Shown here piece by piece: positions 14,571-27,995 of a stretch of DNA of 64,000 bases. Below the pieces are notes generated by a model. The model was not told where the DNA came from. It made no database searches and worked only from the letters and a program-made list of their open reading frames with translations. Position 1 is the stretch's first letter. Each line of letters opens with the position of its first letter. This DNA comes from Octopus vulgaris (taxonomy: Eukaryota). The stretch covers positions 3,596,001-3,660,000 of the forward strand of contig OX597821.1 in NCBI GenBank assembly GCA_951406725.2, given 5' to 3'. Both the position numbers and the translations under genes were made by a program.

Positions 14571-14911
14571 TATATATATATGTGTGTGTGTGTGTGTATG
14601 TGTATATAATTCAATTGCTTCCTGAATTTTATGCGTATCTTTTGAGGAAACATATTACATTTAAATGGATTTTTTTCCCCATTTAAATTCCTTGTATTGA
14701 AAATGTATGAGAAAAATTATGCATACAGCATCAATATATGTCAAAGTATTATATGAAAAGTAAGATGAAGAGTAAGTTTCATTTTTTTTTTTTCATTTTC
14801 TCCCACCGAATATTAATATTATGTGCATATATTTTTACATCACATGGAATATCATATATAATTCAGAAATATATTTCCATTCCATGATTATTTTAAATTT
14901 TGCTTCATTTC

Positions 14912-15008
<97 letters not shown>

Positions 15009-15423
15009 ATACAAAAATATATGCATATTTATACAAGTACATCTAGGCATATAAACATACATATGTGTTTGTGCATGTGTGGGTGGGTGGGTGTGTATCA
15101 AAGCTGGGTAAAGTAACGGCAGTATGAAGAGTTTCTTGAAAGACAGAGTTTTTGATGTAAAAGTTGCTCAGTAAATGTTTTCAGTAAATGCTTAAGAATT
15201 TATTTATTCGTTCGTTTATTTCTGAGAACTCTTACGTCGCGGAAGGTTTTGCTCACTTAATAATTCAATACCTTATAACATATCGGAGATTCTTATCACT
15301 AACTCATAGACGCACACTTTAAAGACACACACACACTTTGATTGACACAGGGATAGTGAGATAGATTTTTATATATTTGGTTCGCTGTCCTAAATACCCC
15401 CCACACCTGTTTACAGTCATTCA

Positions 15424-15485
<62 letters not shown>

Positions 15486-15626
15486 CTGCATACGTAAACA
15501 TACATTGTGTGTTTGTGATTTTCTGTACACGTTTATGAATACTGTTTGTGTGATATGCAATTACTCTAATTTTCGCGATATAGTTTTTGAACAAGACTTT
15601 TATATATATATATATATATATATATA

Positions 15627-15824
15627 GGGAAAGTTTACGAAAATAAACAAAAGACGAAGAGAGGTGGTGTACAAAACAAACAAATGTATTAGTATAGCGC
15701 TCAGGAATAGAGAAAGTATTTTACGTTTCGAGCCTACGCTCTTCTACAGAAAGGGACACAGAAAAAACAAGGAGAGAAACAAGGAGAGGAAAATGTGTGT
15801 AGTGGCTAACGATCTATCATGGCG
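15627..15824 (-). mobile_element. Penelope-like solo pLTR-type repeat with hammerhead-like motif (15717-15753)
   Basis: Second copy of 359-560, inside (TA)n. Minus strand reads ttt-CTGTAGA-A-GAGC-gtag-GCTC-GAA-ACGT-A-aaa. Confidence 0.65.
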
Positions 15825-16653
15825 TATATATGTATATGCATTTATATGCATCTATATACACTTATATATATTTATATGTATATATATATAAATTCACACA
15901 CACACACACACACACACTTATATACGGCATGTTTATCTATGTATACATATAGATAAATATACAGAGGTAGAGAAGGGGAGAGCACTCGAATTGTACATAA
16001 ATTTTAGAAGTACTCAAATGGATAAAAAAGAAAATAATCTTTTTTTTTCCAGCTTATTTGTGGCAGTGAAATTTATATTTACTTTGAATTTTAGTTGTTC
16101 TACTAGACATTTTGTTGATGCTATCCTTGTAGGCCATTCATATATTCGTTGTGTTTTATATTCTTGTATTTGGTTTTCATCTTACAGTAAGAAAATTGTA
16201 TTTATCTTTGTTATATGTTGCTTTCATACCCATAGAGGATGTCATGAAAAAAAAATCATCGTATCTATTCTTCACACCACTGATTTCATTTGCATATACT
16301 TGGACGTCATAATAAAAAATTCTTAGCTGTCATAGTGATGTGTCTGTTTTAGTATGAGCGTAGTATATAATTTTCTGCTTATCTCAACGAAATGAGTCAA
16401 ATATTCATTACAAGTAGAAGCAGATACACCTAGATACTACCTTCTTGGAATGTATCACTTTCTGTACTTTATCCTGACAGAATCATTTCGCTAACTTCCT
16501 ACATATTTATTTACTCTACGTCGCCCAGAATAGAAAGAATTTGTGCAACGCTTTGATTGTGGCACCAGAAAATTCAGTAAGATGAAGAACACCGTAATTG
16601 AAGAATTGTTTTTAATCCAACATGTCAATACCTGAATTACGTCAATGCCATAC

Positions 16654-16880
16654 CTATTTCTTTACTACCCACAAGGAGCTAAACACAGAGAGAACATACA
16701 AGAACAAGCAGATTAAGTCGATTATATTGACCCAGTGCGTAACTGGTACTTAATTTATCGACCCCGAAAGGATGAAAGGCAATGTCGACCTTGGCGGAAT
16801 TCGAACTATGAACGTAGCGGCAGACGAAATACCGTTAAGCATTTCGCCCGGCGTGCTAACGTCTCTGCCAGCTCGCCACC
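16654..16880 (-). mobile_element. SINE family B, full length
   Basis: Reverse complement of the 44247-44478 copy. Lies inside a 16 bp direct repeat (16638-16653 / 16954-16969). Confidence 0.9.
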
Positions 16881-16975
16881 TTTTCAATTCGCATCAGTTC
16901 ACGCGGATAGCCGCGCTCTTCATTGACGGACGAGCCGAGTGATTCCCCGTCCATACGTCTATGCCATACGTTATA

Positions 16976-18476
16976 CAGTGTACCACTGCTTATTCGCGGT
17001 TCGGCATTCAAGAATTTGTGACTGCAAGAAAAAAAAACATCCCCTTGCGTGCTAACATCATCCGCAAGAAAACGTGGAAATTATACTAGGAGCTCGACAG
17101 AAGAGACAGAGCAGAAGGCATCAAAGAACCAAAACCAAGACAATCGACAGAACCGAACCCGAAGATTTTCAAACCATCAAGGTGTTGTTTAACCGTTTCC
17201 AGAAACGGTTTACAATAAAGTGTGTTCCCTGCATGGAGAGACAGTATCAGCCGACAAAGAAGCCGTCTTGAAACCTACAGGCAGATCATCGAGGACAAGG
17301 GATAGAAGCCAGATCAGGTTGTCAATATGGATGGCATTGGTATATTCGGGAAGAAGATGCCTTCCAGAATGTACATTGTGAAGGACGAAGCCAGCGCCCC
17401 AGGATTTAAGACACAGATAGACAGAGTGATGCTAATTATGTGTGGTGATGCTGCTGGCTTCGTGATGAAACCAAGACTTATTTACAAGGGCCTTGAAAAA
17501 TAAGAATGAAAAGCTGCCTGTAAACTGAATGCACAAACACAAGACCCGGGTTACCAAAAGTCTAACTTTGAATTGGTTTCACTAATGCTTCATTCCTCAA
17601 GCAAGGAATACAAGCAAACCGTATGCATGGAATTCAAGGTGCTGCTTGTTCTGGATAATGCCGGTGGTCACACTTCGAATTTGAATCACGAATGACTCCA
17701 AGTAAAATTCCTCTCTGCTAACACCACCTCCCACATCCACTCTATAGCTCAACGCGTGATCCGTGCCTCCAAGGCACTTTACACTCGGAATTCTCTCCAA
17801 AATATTATGGACGCAATGAATTCGGACAGGAATTTCAAGTTAAACGTGTACTGGCGTAACTTCACGATTGCAGTGTGCCAGGCAGACATCCAAGCGGCAC
17901 TTAAAGACCTGAAAAAAGAGACACTCATTGCATGGTAGAAGAACGTGTGGCCAGACTGTGGCCAGGACAACGAGGGCTTCTCATCTGCAGATATTCAGCA
18001 GGAGGCTGTCAACGATGCGGTGAAACGTCAACAACCTCATCGATGCCAACTCAGAAATCCTGACAGACGAAGATTTGTTGGAGTTGATTAAGCCTGCCAG
18101 CGAAGAGGAGGATGAAGTGCCAGAGGATGATGTGGGCCTGATAATCGAACGTCTGTCCGATCTTTTAAGGTCAACAAAGAAAGGCGAAAGCATGGGATCA
18201 TTATATGGTCCGGTCTCTCCAATTAAAAAATATCATCGATGCTGCCATACAGACATATGAAGCACTCCTCACCACCATGAAGAAACAACGATAGCAACTA
18301 CCTATCACAATGTTCCTCAAGCCCACCAAGAAAACACGACATCCCCTAAAACACCTGAATTAGAGTTGTCACCTGAATAGCGTTAAAACATACATTCCAC
18401 TTTATTTTTTTTAAAATTATTATCAAATATAATAATACATACACACACACACACAGACACACATACACACACACAG

Positions 18477-18508
<32 letters not shown>

Positions 18509-18630
18509 CATGTTTTACGTTATATTTTGACATTATAGGCATTTTTATGGATCATGTCTTATATTCGCGGTTTTTCATTATCCAGGGGTGCTCAAGGAAG
18601 TTAACCCCTGTGTATACCGGGGGACTACTG
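16976..18630 (+). mobile_element. pogo/Tigger-type DNA transposon fossil (DDE_1 transposase)
   Basis: TA-CAGT...ACTG-TA ends. Peptides FNRFQKRF, LHGETVSAD, PDQVVNMD, KKMPSRMYI, APGFK, LIMCGDAAG, NWFH*CFIPQ, FKVLLVLDNAGGH, YWRNFTI. Many stops and frameshifts. Confidence 0.85.
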
Positions 18631-19825
18631 TATTCTGGGTCGATGATTGTATTCATTAGAAGCTACACAGTACCTCAACAAAATCCATTCTTTTCAGTGA
18701 CTTATACGCTGGTGAAAACAGTGTTACTCTCATTGACATCTAGGATGCATAGGATCACACCAGCCATATGCATTTTATACAATATTTTCATGGAATAAAC
18801 TGTTTCTCTTTTACAGATTACTAAGGACTTTTGATTTTTTTATATCATATTTCTTTCTGTATACGCAACCCAGCCAGTTTGATCTTTTTGTGTCTATTGA
18901 AAGCATACTGTCAAATGTCGATAAGGCAACCCGAATAGACAGAAGTGTTATTTCAATTTTGTTTTTTAGAATTAAGTGACAATCAGCTCTCTTAACCAAT
19001 TTCCTATCTAAAAATTCTTCAATCACATCACATGCATAACACTATTTCCACTTCATGATTTAGAGTGCTGAATTGACAATGGATCTTTTGGATTGCTTTT
19101 TGCCACAAACCATCCTATATAATCTATTATTTCTAACTCTTTATGTTTTCATAGAATGAACGCATATCTTCCAGAGAGACAGCCTCTATATTTTTCCTTA
19201 TTCATTGTTCACTTATCCCTGTATAAACCGCCGTCTCTGGTTGAACGGATTTCTTTTTAATTATTTCTATCTTACATTTCTGCCATGTTTTTACAATGAT
19301 AGCATTTCTTCCTGGAAGCTTTCAACTGCTGTTTGAGGTTTATCAATTCATATTTACATTCCTACCATTGTATTTTACAATGTTTCCCAGTGAAGAATGT
19401 ACCGATTTGGTTGTACCCATTTAAAGAATATGTTTATACAGCGAAGGCTCTTACCAGATTTACATTCTAAACAGTTTTTCATAATCGATTTTTGCATTGT
19501 TTCAATGTTTTGCGTATATATATATATATATATATATATATCCATGTGTATGTGTAAGCATGTATGATTTGGCTATTTTTGCATCTAGAGGTGTATATTG
19601 TTATTAAATTTTCTCTTATTTCTCTCATGAAATCTTATTTTCACTTACTTGTACGCACCATCTTTCCATGTCACAGTTTTTGTATTTGTGTCCATTCACA
19701 CATTTCTATTACAGCATTCACATTATTATTGTCGTACCCATTCTAGTTTTTACTTAATACTTACAGTGTTCAACCCTCCTAATATCCACGTTCCCTTCAC
19801 ACACACTAAAATGTTACACTCGCAC

Positions 19826-19962
19826 ACACACCTTTGATGACTACAAACACATATGCATACACTGTACTTCAAACACCCATTAAATTCGCCATTACACACC
19901 TTTGATGACTACAAACACATATGCATACACTGTACTTCAAACACCCATTAAATTCGCCATTA
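19826..19962. repeat. Perfect 68 bp tandem duplication
   Basis: ACACACCTTTGATGACTAC...AAATTCGCCATT occurs twice head to tail. Confidence 0.95.
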
Positions 19963-20270
19963 TATTTCTGTGCCTGCACAATTCTGCGCTCATCCACTCA
20001 TGACAAGGTCATGAAATGCACACACAACATTGCTAGACGATACTTATACCAAAACACATAGACACTGCTACGCATGCGCGTATGCAACCGTTCACTCTTC
20101 TCTTTATACAATAATATCTGTGCAAAAGTGTTTGTAATTATATGTAGATAAAAGGACCAAAATTAGTGAAGAGATCTGCTGTTGGTTGTTCAGACATCTA
20201 CTTAACATAAAAATGCAAAAATACATCCTATAATATTTCTGAAGTGCCGATTCCATGGCAGGTCAATGAA

Positions 20271-20596
20271 ATATAAATGAGTAACAAAGCCCTGCAGGTG
20301 TCAATTCATCACGGCCGTTTCAAACGACACCTTTAATTGATTAATAAAAGCATTACATCATTTCAAGGAAAACGTTTTCGTTAGATGTGTGCATAGACTT
20401 CATACACAAAGGTCTAAACAAATGCTTCAAAATATACGAATATGTTAACTCAGTTGGTTTGTCCTTTATGTTTCAAGTTTATCCAATCATCTGACCATAA
20501 CTGCTTCTTTGCAATGATGTAATGTTTTCATTAATCAAATAAAGTAACCGGTTGAAACGACCGTAATGAATTTCGACATTTACATCTTTGTTCCTC

Positions 20597-20604
<8 letters not shown>
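20271..20604. repeat. ~334 bp diverged, essentially spacerless palindrome with hammerhead-like motifs in both arms
   Basis: The left arm aligns with the reverse complement of the right arm along its whole length (roughly 70-80% by eye). Centre ~20437. Confidence 0.8.
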
Positions 20605-20662
<58 letters not shown>

Positions 20663-20726
20663 ATATCTACATATGTATATGTATATATATATATGTGTGT
20701 GTGTATGTATAAACATACATATATAT

Positions 20727-20817
<91 letters not shown>

Positions 20818-21236
20818 ATTTTCTTCAACACAACTCGTCAGCTTCAAGAACGCTTTAGGCAACATTCCTGCCGCATTTTAGTTATTTCTGACCTATTTAA
20901 ATTCACCAAAGAAATAAGATGATCCAGTCTATTAAGAAAATCGGTCACGAAGGCAATGCTATTCAATTAGTATGAATTCAAAACATAAATAAAAAGCAGA
21001 AAACAGGTTGACCGAATGTTAAATTCTAAGAAAAATATAATATATATTATTCACTAACGAAGGTATTCTACTTCAGAACAATCATTTTACTTAACAGAAT
21101 AAATATTTAACATAACTCTAATGCGATTCAGATAAATTAAGAAAAGCAATAAAGATGAAAATTTTATTAAAAATTTAAATCTAAAAATATTTAATAATAA
21201 TGATTAAAAATATTTAAATACAGCAGTTAAAAGTGC

Positions 21237-21350
<114 letters not shown>

Positions 21351-21384
21351 AGCAACAACAACAACAACACCAACATGTTCACAA

Positions 21385-21585
21385 ATTGGTTAAGCAGTGT
21401 GCGGACAAAATGCTTAACGGCTTTTCGCCCATCTCCACGACATAAGTTCAAATTCCGCCGAGGTTGACTTTGCCTTATACTATTTCAGGATCGATAAAAT
21501 AAGTACCTGTTGAGCACAAGAATAGATGTGATTGACTTACCCCTTACCCCGAAATTGCGGGCCATGTGCCAGAATTTGAAATAAA
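21385..21585 (+). mobile_element. SINE family B-related copy with a variant tail
   Basis: AAATGCTTAACGG...GTTCAAATTCCGCCGAGGTTGACTTTGCC...TCGATAAAATAAGTACC. Confidence 0.65.
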
Positions 21586-22211
21586 TATTTAGAAACTGTT
21601 TAGCTAGATGTTTCACCGATACTAACCTTAACAAAACAGTTTTTGCAAAGATGAAACTTGTCTTTATATATAATATTAAATGGGGTCATTAGGGGTGAAG
21701 AGATATAAAGAATCTAAAAGATGGAGTTGGAATGAATACCTCGCACTTACATATCCTCTTAATATTGTATCACCACTTATGATGTAAGTATTGATGCGAA
21801 TACACACGTGTCTCCCCGTGTGTAGGTGTGTGTATGCGCACGTGCAATCGACTGTGCACACAAGTGGTTGCACTAATGTGCATCTCTCTATCTATCCACA
21901 TCAGTGACAGAAATCTCGTATTTCGAGTAAACTTTAAAATTAATTAAACTCCTAATATGAATCACTTTTGTCTGTCATAAGCTTTTTATATCTCGCGTCT
22001 TTTTCCCTCTGTTTCCCCCTCTCTCTCTCCCCGTATCTATCGCCCTCTCTCTCTCTCTCGGTATCTCTCGCCCTTTCTCTCTCACCCTCTCTCCATACGT
22101 ATTTTCAAACAAAGTACGTATACATACATGCACAAATACACACGCACATATGTATACGTACATAATTACATTTACATACACATACACAACGATGCGTAAA
22201 TATTCAGATAC

Positions 22212-22270
<59 letters not shown>

Positions 22271-24032
22271 TGTTTCTTTATTAGCCACACAGGGCTGCAC
22301 ACAGACAGGACAAATTACAAGGTAGAGCTTTTCTTTTTGGGATAAAAAAGGGGGTTTGGTTTTCGATCAAAAGGGATCGTAAAAGGAAAGAAAGAGGAGA
22401 AAAAGGGGGGGGATAAAAAATAAAAGGAAAAGGAAAAAAGGTCAATAGGGATCGCTATCACAGAAATGTCAATATGAAGTGTAAAGGGGAGGACAGGTGA
22501 GGTTTACCCGTGGAAAGAAAAGCCTACGGAAAAGACCACGGTAACCTCTATCAATGAAGTCACATGTTATATTTTTTTACAAATAAGCTACTCTCTGTAT
22601 TAATTTTTACGGTTCATAGGATCATAGTCAAGGTGGCTTCGTCATTCATACGTGCCACCCTTGCTACATTCACCCATCTTTTTTTAAAACATTCACTAGA
22701 CAAAACTTGCCTCTCTACTCTCACTTTCCTCTTCAAGTGATACTTGAAGAAGTTGATGAGAGATTGACTAGAGAGGAAAGTGTTTGTCTCTAATCCTTTC
22801 AGGCGCGTCCACCAGATACATTCTTTCGCTATAGCCACAAGTATGATAAAAATAGCTCTTCCTTCCCGTTTGAAGGAAGGAGGCGTGACGATATTAAATA
22901 TAGACTCGGCTGATAAACTGACACGTACCACACATGACAGCAGTCGTTCGACATAAGCCCAAAGGTCGGAGATTCTTGGACACTGCACGATTGCGTGCAG
23001 AACGGTTTCGTCGCTCTCCCCGCATCTCGGGCAGGTCGGCCCCGTGTTTCTCGAGCCATGCCTATAGAGCTTATCCCGAACGGGTAGCGCTTCTCGGTAG
23101 CACTGCCAGGCCAGGGATCTCTGGAAGTTGTCCATAGGTCCCGGCCCGAAAGTCGTTTCAAACAGGCGGGTCAGGTATACCTCGTCGACGCCCAGGTTTG
23201 CCCCAAGATCGTCGTCGTACCTTCCCTCCACTAATCCCCTATAGAATGCTTTGGTTGTGTTGAAGTCACTCCACGTCGACCTGGGACGGCAGAGTTGCTT
23301 GAGAGAAACGCGACACTCGCGGTGCCATTCGCTCTTCCTCGGCCTCTTTTTGATCCACGACTGCAGTTCGGTCATGGAGACGAGCTGCGGGAAAGCGTGC
23401 CACACAAACGGCGACCACACCTGTTCACCGTCGTCTACATAGAGCCGGAGATGTCATAGTCTCAGCGCGTGTCTGCGCATCATCAGCCACGGCATGCCCA
23501 GCCCTCCTTGTAACGGGTGTTGACAGCAAATGGATCGCCTGACCATCGGGACGCATCCTTTCCAGCGGAAGAGAATGCGTTCTAGTTTGGTGACGGTAGG
23601 GTCGGGACATGGTACGACGGTCAAGCGGTAGTAGATGATGGACGCGATGTACGTGTTCGCCACCTCCACCCGACCATTTAGGGACAGTTTCCTCTCGGCC
23701 CATTGCCGGGCGAGAGTGACCACCCTACTCGTTTTCTCGTTCCAGTTCTTCTCCATTTGGAGGTCCAGACCGAACCACACCCTGAGCAACTCAACCGGGC
23801 CGTCCGTCCAGCGTCCCACGACGGAGGTACTGGTGGACGGCATGGGCTTGCTTCTCCAGGTGCCGAGTCACAAGCCCACTGACTTTTCCCGGTTAATTTT
23901 CGCTCCTGTCACCGCTTCGTAGTCTTTCAGTGTCTCGCCGACCAGCTCGGTGTGCTCGTGGCTTGACTCTATGACGGTGACGTCGTCCGCGTATGCAGAC
24001 ACGCTCATCTCGCATCCCAATTCTTGCGGGAT
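22271..24032 (-). mobile_element. 5'-truncated L1/Tx1-clade LINE inserted in a (GATA)n tract
   Basis: RT YADD motif at ~23980-23995, thumb region, C-terminal zinc finger CPRCGESDETVLHAIVQC, and 3' UTR ending GGCTAATAAAGAAACA. GATA repeats on both flanks. Confidence 0.9.
22614..24030 (-). pseudogene. Tx1-type ORF2 C-terminal half (RT + zf-RVT), two in-frame TGA stops
   Basis: ORFs 23454-23843 and 22614-23420 share a frame with SAYADDVTV...GAKINREKS. Stops at 23868-23870 and 23454-23456. Confidence 0.85.
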
Positions 24033-24215
24033 AGACAGATAGATAGATATATAGATAGATAGATAGATAGATAGTTAGATTGATTGATATATAAATGAAT
24101 AGATGGTTAGATAGATTGATATATAGATAGAGAGAGAGAGAGAGAGAGGTACTGACAGAGAGAGAGATGGAAAGGGCAGGAATAGAAACAGCGACAGCAG
24201 TGACAGTAGCAGCAA

Positions 24216-24284
<69 letters not shown>

Positions 24285-24614
24285 CAGCAGCAGCAGCAGC
24301 AGTTGAAGTAAATTGTAAATTCATAGTAGCGTTTATTTGGTCTTACCTAAATCGGCCATCGATTATATTGTTGGCTAAACGATAGTATAGCAGATAAGTA
24401 GTAAATACACAAAAACCAAAAAATATTAGATATTTGAATGAAAATGCTTTTTTAGAAATTGCTGAATACATTTCAAAATGCTAGGAAGGATCTAATATAT
24501 ACGCAGCATTCGAGCAACGCTTAAGGCTGTATATAGATATACGTAGATATCTGTGTTCGTATAGGTACAGATTAATACATTCATACATACATACATACTT
24601 ATATATACGTAAAT

Positions 24615-24649
<35 letters not shown>

Positions 24650-24714
24650 TGGGCGTGCATGCGTATATGCATAGATAATAGAGACAGAATAAACAACGTA
24701 ACTGAAACAAACTG

Positions 24715-24917
<203 letters not shown>

Positions 24918-25392
24918 GTGCATGTGTGCGTATGTGTGTGTGTGAGTTATATACGCGAACAGCACTAATTGTGTTCATTGAAAACGATGAAAAAGTGTTA
25001 TTAATATGTGAATAGATATATTTCTATAGATGAATGTAAATAATGTAAAAGTTTATTATGGGTATTTTTGATTGGATTCAAAATTGCTAGTTAAAACTAC
25101 AGAGACTAATATAAGAAGACAGACGGAGAGAAACAGAGACGGGAATATTGAGGGAGTGATTGAGGTAGAAATTAAGTAATTGATGTGTCGTGAAAGAGAC
25201 AGCTAGCAATTAATATTTCTTCAGTTCGTGAAAACGATATTTATATTTACGATTACGAACTACAGAAATTTATGAGGGAAACTTTAAATATGTGCTTTAA
25301 TATAAATACACAGCTACAAAAATATATACATACACATATGTGTATACTTATATATATATATATATATATGAATATATATATATATAAATATA

Positions 25393-25444
<52 letters not shown>

Positions 25445-25475
25445 TGTATGTATATATATATTTATATATATATTC

Positions 25476-25516
<41 letters not shown>

Positions 25517-25619
25517 GATGTCTGTGCGTATGTTATTTGCACATATATGTGTACACAAGGACATAAATAAATATATACATGCTTATTTATATGTGTATAG
25601 ATAAAGGTATATATACTTG

Positions 25620-25684
<65 letters not shown>

Positions 25685-25687
25685 ATG

Positions 25688-25741
<54 letters not shown>

Positions 25742-27416
25742 TGAACTTAAAACTATAAATGCGTTCATACGTACATATCGGCATTGAGCGTTGCATACAT
25801 AAAGGCATCCATATATAAATGCATACGAGTGTATATAAGTATTTTGTGCGTGTTTGAAGATCAATTAGTTTGGTTTTTAATATTTCAATACTTCTCTTTC
25901 ACTAGATTGGCAAATCGTGTGTGTTTATTAATTTTATGAAAAATAGTTTTATCATAATTCGTTACTGAATTTTGTTGATTTTGATATGGTTTTTTATTTA
26001 TCTATCCAAATTTTCATTTGGGAGACTTCAATTAGTTTCGATGGCATGAAGCGTAGTATACAAAAGTTACATAACATAGAAATAATCGCGTTTTATTAAG
26101 GAGTGTATTTCGCCTTTGAGGAATTATATAGAAAGTATTCATTACATATCATACACTGATTCGATAAACTCATTTCATAAATAATACAAAGTATATAATA
26201 GATTATAGCGTGTTCTAAATACGTTATTTCACTACTGAACAATTTTGAAACAATGTAGATATGTAAGTATTTGAAAAGGTATACGTATGTATGCTTGTAG
26301 ATTTCTATGAATTTTGTCTATGAATATGGCTTTAGGTGTATATACGTACATAATACACATATACGTCTGTGTGTACACACACACACACACACTCAGACTC
26401 TCACACATATATATATACAATATGTATTTATATATATGTATATATACATATACATACACACATATGTATATGTATAGATATATATATATATATGTATGTG
26501 TGTGTATGTGTGTGTGTATGTTTGTGCATGTGTTTGTATATAAATATATATATATATGTATGTATATGTGTATATATATATATATATATAGAGAGAGAGG
26601 AGAGAGAGAAAGAGAGAGAGCGATGGATGGATGGATGGATAGATAGATTGATTGGTAGACAAATAAAGAGATAGATATACATGTTCATATACACATGTGA
26701 GTAGATGTTTGTGAGTTTGTGTATGTATGCATGTCTCAGAGAGAGAGAGAATCCATAATAGTCTAAATTTTTTACAGCTGTTTTAAATCGTTCATTTAAC
26801 ACGATTCGTGTATGTCTAGATTCTCTATGGCTTCTTAGATCACCAATAAAGTGGAGCAACGTGTGATAATGTTTCCGATTGATCCCCTAAATCAATTATC
26901 AATATCAAGGTAAATTACCTGCAAATGAAATCGTAACCTTTTGAAATAGAAGTATACGTTAGATAATTTTATCCAAGGTATGTACCAAATAAAAGGAAGA
27001 CGCGTTTGGAAATCTGTTTGTCAATCGAGATGGATCGGACGCTATCCAGGAAAGGAGATATCAACGTGACAAGTAATTAAATATAAAGAAACATTGAAAC
27101 AAATATACCAACTATAAAATATAATAATAACCCCGACTAGCAGCAGGGAAAACGTAACAAACAATTTGGTTTCGCAAATTGAAGTTAGATTTTCGTTTCA
27201 TCTTGTGCTAAGTCACGTAATTCTTCCATCTATCTCGTAGTCCTTGAAACAGAACTTTGGCACTGTCTTCTTTCTTACTCTGATCAATCCCTTCGAAAAT
27301 AGATAGGTTTTCAACTTTTCGATATGCGTCTTACACTTGGTTTTCAATATTACCATAATTATTGGAAGCTTTTAACATGGCATATTGTATAACGTTTTTA
27401 ATGTATCTCTAGACCA

Positions 27417-27483
<67 letters not shown>

Positions 27484-27945
27484 AAGAGAGAATGAGAGAG
27501 AGAGAGCAAGAGAGAGACAGACAGACAGAGAGGGAGAGAGACGGAGACAGACAGACAAAGACAGAGTGAGTGAATGAGGGGGAAAATTTAATAGCATGAA
27601 ATACACTTATAATTATGGGCACAGAGTCTTCTATGCCTATATACTGAAGATGGACGCTAAATTCGTCTAACCACTTCGAGGCATCACTTTATATTCTACA
27701 CATACTGAAAGCGAGGAAGAAGACTGACAGAAATTCATAAAATAATTCAAACACTTTTGGATGGACGAATTTGTGGATTATTTTAATAACTTTTCCTTCA
27801 TCAGCAAAATATACTGGGCGAAATAAATTAAATATTGATGCATACCCACTTTTAAACTATTATAAATATCTATGCATGAATTTACCTAATTTGGTCAATT
27901 TTATATATTGGCCACTCATACAATGATCTTATCCTTAATTATATT

Positions 27946-27995
<50 letters not shown>

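Noticed and set aside
27652-27680. CTGAAGA-t-GGACG...CGTCT hammerhead-like fragment
   Set aside because: The GAAA half of the core and helices I/III are not recognisable.
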